64,000 nt of DNA. It comes from Azolla caroliniana (lineage: Eukaryota > Plantae > Polypodiophyta). The DNA is taken from assembly GCA_043228905.1 (NCBI GenBank), contig JBHGNT010000004.1:13144001-13208000 (forward strand), given 5' to 3'. A program made the position numbers and the translations under genes. The notes beneath the pieces were generated by a model, which saw only the letters and a list, made by a program, of their open reading frames with translations, made no database searches and was not told where the DNA came from. This document shows positions 52,156 through 62,108 of the stretch, piece by piece. Positions within the stretch are counted from its first letter, which is position 1, and the number at the start of each line of letters is the position of its first letter.

Positions 52156-54695
52156 CCGGTATGCAAACCGGAAACCGGCCGGTAAGCAAAACCGGAACCG
52201 GAACCGGCAAGCAAACCGGAACCGGAACCGGCCGGCAAGCAAAACCGGAAACTGGTCGGTAAGCAAAACCGGAAACAAGTCAATAAGCAAAACCGGAAAC
52301 CGGCCGGTAAGCAAAACCGGAACCGCAATCGGCAAGCAAACTGGAACCGGAACCGGCCGGGAAACAAAATGGGAACCGGACGGTGAGGGATTCGGCGATC
52401 GGGCGGAACCGGCTACCGGACAAGGTTGGACGCGGACGGACGGAAGATTGGATCATGCAACAAACTAAAGTAAAGTGAAGAGAACTAAAGTAAAGGCCAT
52501 GTGGACGCAAGCAACTAAAGTTGGAGTGCACGTAAAAAGTAAAGGTCATGTGGATGGTCACATGCAACTAAACGAAAAAGCCATGCAACTAAAAATAGAT
52601 GCAACTAAAAGAAAAAGTTAAGCAACTGAAAGTAGAGGCCATGCAACAAAAAGTGGACATGCAGATGATGAAGGGAGAACTCCATATAAAATTCCATTTT
52701 TTTTCCTACACTCATGCTCTCTCTATATATTATATTGTTTTTCTTTTCCTTCTGGGCTCCCCTATCTTATCGAAGTCATATCTCTCAAGTAAACCCTAAT
52801 TTCCTTATCGAAGCCATATCTCTCAAGTAAACCCTAATTTTCTTATCGAAGCCATATCTCTCAAGTAAACCCTAATTTCCATACGGAAGCTATTCAACTC
52901 ATAAAACCATAATCTCTTATCAAAACCAAAAACCCTAATTTTCTATAGAATTCATATCTTAATTTCCTCTAATCTATTACTCTAGCCATCTCCATTAGCA
53001 AACTTTTTGTAATCCCAATCTTGGGATTAATTGTAATCTTTCTTTCTACTTGTTAATGAAATTTGTTAATCTTTCTCATTTCGGTTAATTCTTAGTACAT
53101 AAATACACGAATTTGATATCCTCTAGTCAAAGGCCCCGGGGTCTTGCCTCAACGTTCACGTATCCTCGTCGTATTTTTGCGACATCTTTGGTGAACGCGA
53201 CGTGAAAAAGGCGGCAAGAAGGATCAAATCGAGGATCGACCGATACTTGGAGATGGCGTCCTCAAGCAATCAAGCGGGAGAGTTCGAAAGGATGATGCTA
53301 ATCGTCAAACAAATGATGAGATCTCGAGACAACGATGCAAGCGTGGGAAGGGTCGTCGATCATGTCGTTGAGCTCGAGGGTCAATTTGATGGAAGGAACG
53401 TTACGAAGTTCCTGAACGCATACAAAAGGGAGATGAATCAAAGAGACGTGTCCGAAGCACGTCAAATCGCAAGCTTCAAGAGAGTCGCTGCCAACAATGT
53501 CCAAAGGCGGGTCATTGAGCTTCACAAAGGGAAAACAATGTGGTCGGAGTTCGAGAAAGCGATATTAGCAGAGTTCGCGACTGAAGACTCGACAAGGATG
53601 ACTCAACATGTCCTCATGAAATGGATAGAGAAGAAAAATAAGACGATGAGCGTCTCGAGGGTGTACGACGAGTTCGACCAAATGTTTCGTCGTCTCCCCG
53701 CCATGGACCAAGTGCTACTTGAGGAAGACAAGACTTTGTACTTCTTGAAAGCCGTGGACATGAAGGATAGACGAGAATTGGGGATTCTTCTCGAAGACGA
53801 TACCCAAGCAAATGGACTTTGTGGCGGACTGGGTTGCGATGAAGCAAGCATGCGACAAGATCGACATGCGTCATCGATGGCTCCATGATATTGACTTGGT
53901 AAGACCAAGCGTAGAAAAATCAAAACCATATAACAAAGTCGAGACGCCTAAACAATGCATCCAACATGAAAAGAAGATTGATGATGACTCGAGGACGATG
54001 ATGGTCATTTCAAAGGAGGTTGAATGTTTCGGAACATGCGTCGTGTTCGAAACAACGGATGATGAAAGAAGCCAAATCGAAGCTTGCATCAATGGAGATA
54101 AAGAGAGCGAGGCTAGTGTAATTGAGGATCTAGCCGCTAAAGACGACATTGAGGAGGTAACTATGAACAAGACAATAGGCGTCGACAACGATCACGACCA
54201 GATTTTCTCCACACATGCTCAGGAGACTTGGGCAGTTGCGTCAAAGAACCAACGTGAGACCCAAGAGACGGAAGGTGGCGGCAAGGAAGTGAAGGCCAAA
54301 ATTAACACATGCAAAGAAGAGGGGAGAATAATCGAGGCTTGCTCGGACAAGAGGATTAATGGGTACGAGCCCCATGAGTCTAAAGAGATAGCCATGAAGA
54401 ATGACATCAAGCCGAAGAGGGTAGACAACCATCATGAAGAGACTTTCCCCACAAAAGTTCTTAAGACTTGGGCATTAACCGATGTAAGACCCAAGCGAAG
54501 GATGGTGGTGGCAAAGAAATAAAGATCAACGCCAACACGAACAACCATAAGGTGGAAGTGGCAAAGAGTAGCACGACAAAGGCAATGCCAAACTACAAAA
54601 TTCCTCCACACTCATTTGAGAGACTTGGGCATTAACCGATGTAAGACCCAAAGAAGGACGATGGTGGCGAGGAAGCAAGGGTGAAAGCCAATGTG
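52156..54695 (+). mobile_element. Gag-only, tRNA-Trp-primed gypsy relative: partial 5' LTR, PBS, frameshifted gag with acidic tail
   Basis: LTR ends GCGACA at 53184; PBS TGGTGAACGCGACGTGAA at 53189; ORFs 53202-53888 and 53812-54522 are homologous to 59444-61465; LTR has ACCGG-rich tandem repeats (52156-52400) and three 38-bp AAACCCTAAT-containing units (52767-52880). Confidence 0.82.
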
Positions 54696-55254
54696 TGCTA
54701 ATATCGCTTTCTCGAACTCTGACCACATTGTTTTCCCTTCGTGAAGCTCAATGATCCGCCTTTGGACGTTGTTGGTAGCGACTCTCTTGAAGCTTGCGAT
54801 TTGACGTGCTTCGGACACGTCTCTTTGATTCATCTCCCTTTTGGATTAAAACCGGTAGGTCGTTAGAGGGATATCCCCAACATGCTTGATTGTATGAGTG
54901 GTGTTATCACTAGTTTGTACATAATCAGGAATCTCTAGTTCTCTTAAAATTTCAAACCAATTTGCATGTCTTGTCATATGATTAGATACCCCAGAATCTA
55001 CATACCACATTGTTGAACGAGCAAGCGCAACCGGATCCGGATCGGCTGAATAAGCCAGAGCCGGATCGGTGTTCCGATCCCACAATGAGATATCACCAAC
55101 ATGCTTGATTGTATGAGTGGTGTTATCACTTGATTGTATGAGTGGTGTTATCACTTGTTTGTATATAACCAGGAATCTCTGGTTCTCTTAAAATTTCAAA
55201 CCAATTTGCATGTCTTGTCATATGATTAGATACCCAAGAATCTACATACCACAT
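54696..55254. other. Scrambled patch of locally templated fragments
   Basis: 54696-54843 is the reverse complement of 53423-53569; 54843-54868 resembles 55362-55388; a copia protease fragment plus LTR start is duplicated (54870-55080 and 55090-55340). Confidence 0.8.
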
Positions 55255-55680
55255 TGTTGAGCGAGCCAAATCGATATCCAAGAATAAGCCAGGACGGATC
55301 AATATCCTGATCAGAGAACCGGATCGGTGTTCCGATGGTATCCGGATCGAGGAGCTGGATCGGATTAAAACTGGTAGGCCGTTAGAGGCCTATGGATCCA
55401 ACCTAGTACGTAGGGATAGTTTTGGGAGTCAGTGATAGTCGCTCATGTGAGCATTGAAGTACCTGTCAGTACTTCTGTGAGTCCTTTATGGACTTGTATA
55501 AAAGTGCTCTCTGTGCACATTCTATGTAAAGATTGGAGAGTATTATTTTGGATAGAGTTTTATGTTTTGCTCTCTCACTGTCTCTCTTGCATATATACTC
55601 TCTGTGTTAAGCTTCCATTGAACCTTCCTCTCTCACTGTTGCTATCCGGCAAAACCGATTTGGCATAAGCTTCTGCACGT

Positions 55681-56873
55681 TGTCGTGAAGATTTTCGGCA
55701 ATAGTGTGAAAATCCCATAAAACGTACGAAATCGAGTATTAATCACATAATACAATAATTATGAAGATAACATTTTAAATAAATTTAATATCTAAGTACA
55801 AAATGATGGAGGTTTCGAATGCACTTTATTACACGAGAAACGGACAACTAAATGTCAAGATATGAGGGTATAAAGTTTGTGAAAGGAAAAGAGAAAATTG
55901 TGAGATATCCCACATAGGCACGACAAATACGGCTCTCATCATATATAAGGTAGAGCAAAAGATATTATCTTTGTGTCTATGTGTGGAGCATAGAGAGTTC
56001 AAGGTAACTTGAACTAAGAGTGGAGGTGGGCTAGCTACTCGTAAAGGGTTTTGGCCAACCAAAACCGGACCAGCGATGGAGCCTGTGATCCGGCGGCGGT
56101 ACCGGTAACCAACGACATCCGGCGGCGGCACCGGTATTGGTGAGACGACGGCATCCGGCGGCAGCATCGGTATCGGTGAGACGACGGCATCCGGCGAGGC
56201 ACCGGTAACCGACGGCATCCGGTGACGGCACGGGTATCCGGCGGCATCCGGCGAGGCACCGGTAACCGACAGCATCCGACGAACCGGCGACTAGATAAAT
56301 AAATATATAAATATATATACATATATACATATACAAGGAGGGCAAGTAAGGATTCGAACCTTGCACCTCCAAGTTAGGAGTCAATTGGCTTACCATTAAG
56401 CCGTGCCATTTAATTGAATTTATATTTCTATCATTGTACTTTTACATGTAAATTCTCATACATGAGAGCTAAAATGAGTGACATGGTTATCATGCACCAC
56501 ATGTAATACATAAGCGCCAAATGGCAAACATGCAATTTATGCATGTCTTGTACCCTCACATGCATCATATGCATGAGAGCATCTATAAAAGAAGGAAGGG
56601 GGAGGAGAAAAAACACGTTTTTTTATTATTATGAAATTAAGAAGAAGAAATTCGTTATCAAATTGATCGTGTAACTTGTTTCTTAAATCCAAAGATAAAA
56701 GTTCAATCAATCGCTCTCAATCGTTTAATCTCAACTCCTCTCTTTCCCAATCTATCTTAAGTACTTTCTCGCTAAAGCTTGCGCCAAAGCTTGTACCGAC
56801 TTTGAATCCTTCCGGTCCAGAACCCCGGCGGTTCCGCCTCACGATCCGCGCGTAGTGACGGATCTTCACGACA
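55681..56873 (+). mobile_element. Solo LTR (1.2 kb) with 12-bp terminal inverted repeats
   Basis: TGTCGTGAAGAT...ATCTTCACGACA; TSD acgt/acgc; TATAAAA at 56585; GC-rich GACGGCATCCGG repeats at 56085-56290. Confidence 0.88.
56338..56409 (-). promoter_or_regulatory. Best-preserved tRNA-like cassette (Arg-CCT-like loop) in U3
   Basis: Minus strand GGCAC GGCTT-AATGGT-AAGCC AATTGA CTCCTAA CTTGGAGGTGC AAGG-TTCGAAT-CCTT ACTTGCC: D arm and T arm pair, anticodon stem does not. Confidence 0.75.
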
Positions 56874-58077
56874 ACGCTAACTTTAACATGGTATCAGAGC
56901 GCGAGGGATGAGAACCTATGCAGCCGACGAGCGACTAGTGAAGACAAACCCTAACACCCAGTGAAGAACAGAAGAGAACCTAAGATGGCCAGAGGAATGA
57001 CAAGTTCACTTCCGACGGAAAATCTCGACCGGAGCAACTATGCATCCTGGTCATATAAAATGCACCAGTACCTGATGGGGCATGGATATTGGAGCTATGT
57101 GGAAGGAACCAACGAGGTAGCACCGGAGTCGGCACGCAAAGACTTCCCTGCATGGGAACAAGGAGCGAGCTGCGTATTGTACTACCTCACATCCGGTGTG
57201 CACAATCAGATGCTCGGCTACATCAAGGATGCAAAAACGCCAAAGGAGGCCTGGGAAAATCTTTGGAAGATTTTCGTCGCGAGTACCACAACCCGTAAGT
57301 TGTAGCTCTGACAGGAACTGAACAACATCCGGCAAAGAGATATGTTGGTTATGGACTACCCCACTAAGAAAAAGGAGATTTGTGACGCGCTCGGGTCCAT
57401 CAATGTGACAGTGGACGAAGACGAGATGGTCTAGATCTGTCTCGGTGGTCTAGCACAACAGTATGGGCCAATCCGGATGGCAATTTCCACCCGGGAGAAA
57501 CCACCGTCCTTCTTTGACTTACAATCAATGATGATGGTCAATGAAAACCACACGAGTGGGTCGAGGACCACTCAATTGAACAATCGAATGTTGTACACGA
57601 AGGCGGATCGACCCTATGGGCGTGGAGGACGAGGTGGGCCGGCACACAATGGAGGCGGCCGGCACGAGCAGAACTGAAGGCACAAAGACAGTGACGACAG
57701 TAATTCCGAACCCTCCACAAGTAGGAGGAGTTATGCCATTGCCAGAAACCAGCAAGGAAAGGCCGACACAGAATGCTGGTAATGTGGCAAAAATGGATCT
57801 TGCGAGTGTTGGATGAAGCACGTTGATTCAGAAAAATCTGGATCTTGCAAAGCCGGTCGGGAAAACCGACAAAGCTCGCACTATGTAGAAGTATCATAAG
57901 GATTCAGAACTGGGAAGACCGGTAAACGGGCCAACCTTCGTGATGAAGCACAAGGCTAACTCGATGAAGAAGACTACTTCCAAATCGGAGGAAGTATGGT
58001 ACGTTGATTTTGGAGCGTCCAACCACATGACGAGCCATGAAGAGTGGTTCTCTTTTTTGGAGAAACCGGAACAACCA

Positions 58078-58309
58078 TGTTGAGAGACAAGCTCAACATC
58101 AGCCGCATCTGTTGAGCAAGCTGAGGACCGGATCGGTTGGGACCGATCGGTTAGGCTGGACCGGTGCGTAAAACGGATATGCAAACCGGTGTGTAACGAG
58201 AGGTCGTATCGGTGCGTAAACCGAAAGGCCGTTATAGAGATATTCCTCGTAAGGAATAGTTTTGGGAGTAAGTGTCAAGGCTCATTTATGAGCAGTCAAG
58301 TACTATCAG
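58078..58309 (+). repeat. 5' part of another family-A copia LTR inserted in the protease
   Basis: Starts TGTTGAGAGACAAGCTCAAC; similar to 9972-10140. Confidence 0.8.
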
Positions 58310-59272
58310 TGTTATGTACACATAACGTTGGTGAGGGTAGGTCACTAATATTTACATTAGTGAAGGGTATGTACACTATTATTAAAAAGGGGACTAATGA
58401 TTGGATAGAATGAATGATATGTGCATGCACTATCATGATTTAGACAACCAATGAATAGAGAGCCTTTTAGAAAGGCACATCTATTCAAGGGGCCTAGGAA
58501 AAGGTATAAATATGAGGCTTAGCTACCCTCATAGGGATCATCACGTCGGAAGGCTGCTGTCGTAGACACCGGTGGTGCGGGCTAGGCTTTCGTCTTGACG
58601 ATCGTGTTTATCTCTTCCAAGGTATTAGTCATCCTAATATCCGGCGGTATGGGACGTCGGTGGTAGGTTGGCTATGTCTAGATCATAGCTCGGGGGTGGT
58701 CGGGTGGAACGGTGTCGTGCCTTTCGGCTCCGGATCGTTTGCGTGAGTCGGGTGGGAACCGCTGGGGTTTTGGACTAGGAAGAGGAGAGTTTTAAGGCTA
58801 ATAAGAATATAAATATGTTGTAAGAAAGAGTTATAGCAAATTCGTGAATCCCACGAGTGTATTGTATTAGATTAATCAATATGAATATAAGAATATAAAC
58901 TTCGGTTGAAAGAGAATGATATAGAATCCTCGTGAATCCCACGAGTATAGTTTATTAATTGGTGTTTTTTAGAAACATATCCAGTTTCCAAATATTTTTC
59001 ACACACCTATTACATTGTGCTCCCCATCCTTATGTAGTGATGGGGAAGTCTTAGTAATCCATGCTTTTTCTCTAACTATAGACCCCATGCTTTTCCTATA
59101 GATAGACTATATGCTTTATCTAAAGTGATCATGCTTTTTTCTAACTTGTGCGTTTTTTATCATGCACGCTAGATGTGTATGTGTAGCTTTTTCTTTTGTT
59201 ATGCGTTTTTCTAATGTTTATCCTAGCGTGAATTTACCTTTCTATGTGGGACATCTATGCTTTAACACTAAT

Positions 59273-59346
59273 GAAATGCTAGTGTAATGGTAAGACATTA
59301 CATTATTAACATGGAGGTGCAAGGTTCGAATCTTGCCCTATGCATG
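59273..59346 (+). promoter_or_regulatory. tRNA-like Pol III cassette in U3 (antisense to the LTR)
   Basis: A box TAGTGTAATGG at 59280; B box GGTTCGAATCT at 59323; GCAAG/CTTGC hairpin; TTTT about 20 nt downstream. Confidence 0.72.
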
Positions 59347-59443
59347 TTCCATTTATTTTGCTATTTTCTTCTATTTCTTCATTTTTTATTGAATCTAATA
59401 CTATATACGTTTTTCACGTAGTGTACAAAATACACTACGACAC

Positions 59444-61465
59444 TCACCCCCTCCAAACCCGCACATCCTCCGGTATGTGCCGAAGTTGTTGGTGTTTGTT
59501 AGTCTCCTCCGTCCGGTCTCTACCCGATTGGTTTCGTTGCCGGCTCGTAGTACCCTCGACTTCTCTTGTTATGTTGACTTTGTCTCTCCATTTGGAGCAC
59601 ATCCATTCTTTCCACCCGAACCATTGTCGACATCCGATCCACCATAGTCTTCGTTCGCTTTTTGCATGGCCCGCTTGGTCCTTGTCATCCACGGTAGTAT
59701 CTTTTCTTGCCCTCTTTCTTTTCTTCATCAATCTCGACTTCTTTTCGGATTTTCGGTTTAGTCGGATTAGCTTACTTCCGATTCGGTCTCGTCGGATCGT
59801 CTTTCGTTTAGTTCGGCTTCCTTTCCGATTTGTATTCGGTCGATCCGGACTCGGTTGATCGGTTTTTACCGATTCAGTGCTCTTTCGGGTCGGTTTCTTT
59901 TCTTTTCTTTTCGTCCGGATTTGCTTTCTTTTCTTCGTTTTCACCTGCCTTGTCCGGTTCGACTTTCGGCACTTCTTTCCGTTGTTCGCTACGTAGGTCC
60001 TCCGATATGTGCTCGTTGTTCGGTCCTCGTGTGGTTGTAATGCATGCTTCTTTTCTCGCCGTAGCGCGTGCTTCTTTATTCGCCATAACACGCGTTTCTT
60101 TATTCGCCGTAGAGCGTGCTCTGTATTACGCGCTTCTCCCGTCGTAGACCCGACCTCCGCATTGTCGCACTTTCTTTTAGATTGGAATTTCGGATGGATC
60201 ATTTTCCATCCGAACCGACTTCCGACTTTACCTTCCTCACCGCCATCTCCCGTCTCTCCGGTCTCACGTTGGTTCTCGGACACAACCGCCGAAGTCTCTA
60301 GATATTGTTGGCATGAATCCTCGGTATTACCTTCTTTCGTAGTTTCACCCTTAGCATTCTTCTCGGCTATCTCTTCATCGTATTCGTCGGCTTCGACATT
60401 CGTTTTCTCTCCGCCACCTTCCGTCTCTTCGGTCTCACGTTGCCTTTCGAACGCAACCGCCGGAGTCTCTAGAATCAGTGGTGGGGAAGTCTCGATATGG
60501 CCATCCGTCGTTGATTCGTCCATAGCCACCTTCGATTCGATGTCATCTTTCGTGGTGACCTCCTCAATCAAGTCCTCCTTGCTCTCTTTCACTGCATCAA
60601 TTATGCAAACATCAATTATGCTTACCCCTTTTTCACCCGATGTTTCGATCACTTGTATTCTGAAATCTTCTTCTACACTTGGGTCATCGGCCTTATCCTT
60701 CGTCGTTGTTCTTTCGCAAGACAAGAGGGTAGCTTGTTTTACACCCTCTTCCGTCACACCATCATGTTGTATTTCGGCCTTCATATCGGCTCCATCGTTT
60801 GTCTTCAATCGACCATCCTTCATCGGCCATGTTGTTGACAAGATTCTCATCTTCCTCTCATCATGTCTCCGGCATACCCTTTGGACTTCGGCCCAATCTT
60901 CGGTAAGACCATTCGCACCGTCATCGTCTTCGAGTTCAATCCCGATGTCCTTCCTTTCTTTCCGATCAATCGATCTTACGAACATTAGGACTTTGTCCTC
61001 TCCCACCAATCGTTGTTCCTGCTCCGAGAGTCGAGCAAGATGATGCTCGAACTCTAGGAATGCTTGTGTTGCACTTCGGTGGGTCTTCTCCGATGCCACC
61101 CATTCGTCGAATTTTCGCCGATCTTGTCCCTTTGATCTCTTGTAATCATATGCCTCTCGTAAAGCTTCTTCGAATGACCCCCATGTCGAGTTTTGTTGCC
61201 GTATCTTGTGGATTCTCTCTTGTAGCTCATCCGTGGCCACCCGATTGAAGGATGTCACTTGCAATCCTTCCGGTATCCCACATCGTATCATCTCCGCCCT
61301 GTAGTCACGTAGATAGCGTGACACATCGTTTCCGTTGAATTGTCCGTTTCGTTGTACGAGCCGCTTTACTGCCCCCGTGATCTCCGACATCACTCGTTGT
61401 TCTTGTAGCATCCGCTCGAACATCATCATCATTGTTATACTCATTGCCTCTTGTTGATTCTCCAT
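59444..61465 (-). CDS. gag: Gag with acidic then basic low-complexity C-terminal extension (about 673 aa), no pol
   Basis: Uninterrupted frame from just after the PBS to the PPT; the N-terminus aligns with 48868-51249 (MFERMLQEQ, QFNG.DVSRYLRDY). Confidence 0.8.
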   Translation of the reverse strand: MENQQEAMSITMMMMFERMLQEQRVMSEITGAVKRLVQRNGQFNGNDVSRYLRDYRAEMIRCGIPEGLQVTSFNRVATDELQERIHKIRQQNSTWGSFEEALREAYDYKRSKGQDRRKFDEWVASEKTHRSATQAFLEFEHHLARLSEQEQRLVGEDKVLMFVRSIDRKERKDIGIELEDDDGANGLTEDWAEVQRVCRRHDERKMRILSTTWPMKDGRLKTNDGADMKAEIQHDGVTEEGVKQATLLSCERTTTKDKADDPSVEEDFRIQVIETSGEKGVSIIDVCIIDAVKESKEDLIEEVTTKDDIESKVAMDESTTDGHIETSPPLILETPAVAFERQRETEETEGGGEKTNVEADEYDEEIAEKNAKGETTKEGNTEDSCQQYLETSAVVSENQRETGETGDGGEEGKVGSRFGWKMIHPKFQSKRKCDNAEVGSTTGEARNTEHALRRIKKRVLWRIKKHALRREKKHALQPHEDRTTSTYRRTYVANNGKKCRKSNRTRQVKTKKRKQIRTKRKEKKPTRKSTESVKTDQPSPDRPNTNRKGSRTKRKTIRRDRIGSKLIRLNRKSEKKSRLMKKRKRARKDTTVDDKDQAGHAKSERRLWWIGCRQWFGWKEWMCSKWRDKVNITREVEGTTSRQRNQSGRDRTEETNKHQQLRHIPEDVRVWRG

Positions 61466-61503
61466 CTCCTTGCCACCCGCCTTCACGTCGGGTTCACCAA
61501 CTG

Positions 61504-62108
61504 TGTCGTGCCTTTCGGCTCCGGATCGTTGCGTGAGTCGGGTGGGAACCACCGGGGTTTTGGACTAGGAGGAGGAAGAATTTGAGGCTAATCTAGTTAT
61601 GAATATGAATAGATTATAAGAAAGAGATATAGAAACTTGTGAATCCCACAAGTATAATTGTTTTAGTTTATCTAAATCGTAGTAATAAATTGAAATAATT
61701 TAGAATAGATTAGAGTAGATTGAGAAAAGAGATCAAACCTTGTGAATCCCACAAGTATTACATTAATCAATATTTATGTAAGAATACGAAGTTTAAGATA
61801 ATCTATCTCTTTCAATCTAAATTCATATTCTTACATAAATATTGATTAATGTAATACTTGTGGGATTCACAAGGTTTGATCTCTTTTCTCAATCTACTCT
61901 AATCTATTCTAAATTATTTCAATTTATTACTACGATTTAGATAAACTAAAACAATTATACTTGTGGGATTCACAAGTTTCTATATCTCTTTCTTATAATC
62001 TATTCATATTCATAACTAGATTAGCCTCAAATTCTTCCTCCTCCTAGTCCAAAACCCCGGTGGTTCCCACCCGACTCACGCAACGATCCGGAGCCGAAAG
62101 GCACGACA
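61504..62108. repeat. Long inverted repeat: two 283-bp arms with a 39-nt spacer
   Basis: 61504-61786 is the reverse complement of 61826-62108; no mismatch seen by eye. Confidence 0.95.

Larger units (their letters stand above)
55255..58077 (+). mobile_element. Ty1/copia family A, 5' LTR to protease
   Basis: LTR 55255-56888 (interrupted); PBS TGGTATCAGAGC at 56889; gag NYASWSYKMHQYLMGHGYW; PR WYVDFGASNHMT. Confidence 0.88.
58713..62108 (-). mobile_element. Gag-only (TR-GAG-like) non-autonomous gypsy with a fold-back 5' end
   Basis: 3' LTR 58713-59442; PPT 59443-59454; single ORF; PBS 61482-61499; palindrome 61504-62108; TSD acgg at 58709-58712 and 62109-62112. Confidence 0.9.

Noticed and set aside
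56338-56409. Functional tRNA gene (also 2833, 13314, 51772, 59273)
   Set aside because: Anticodon and acceptor stems do not pair properly and all units lie inside LTRs, so they are reported as tRNA-like cassettes.
55681-56873. MITE or DNA transposon because of the 12-bp TIRs
   Set aside because: TG...CA ends, a 4-bp TSD, a TATA box and similarity to the gypsy LTR ends indicate a solo LTR.
59273-59346. Independent tRNA-derived SINE insertions
   Set aside because: No SINE body, tail or TSD is visible, and the unit has the same position and orientation in every copy of each LTR family. An ancestral SINE origin is not excluded.
60009-61043. 344-aa plus-strand ORF (also 49610-50230)
   Set aside because: Ser/Phe-rich antisense shadow of the purine-rich gag frame.
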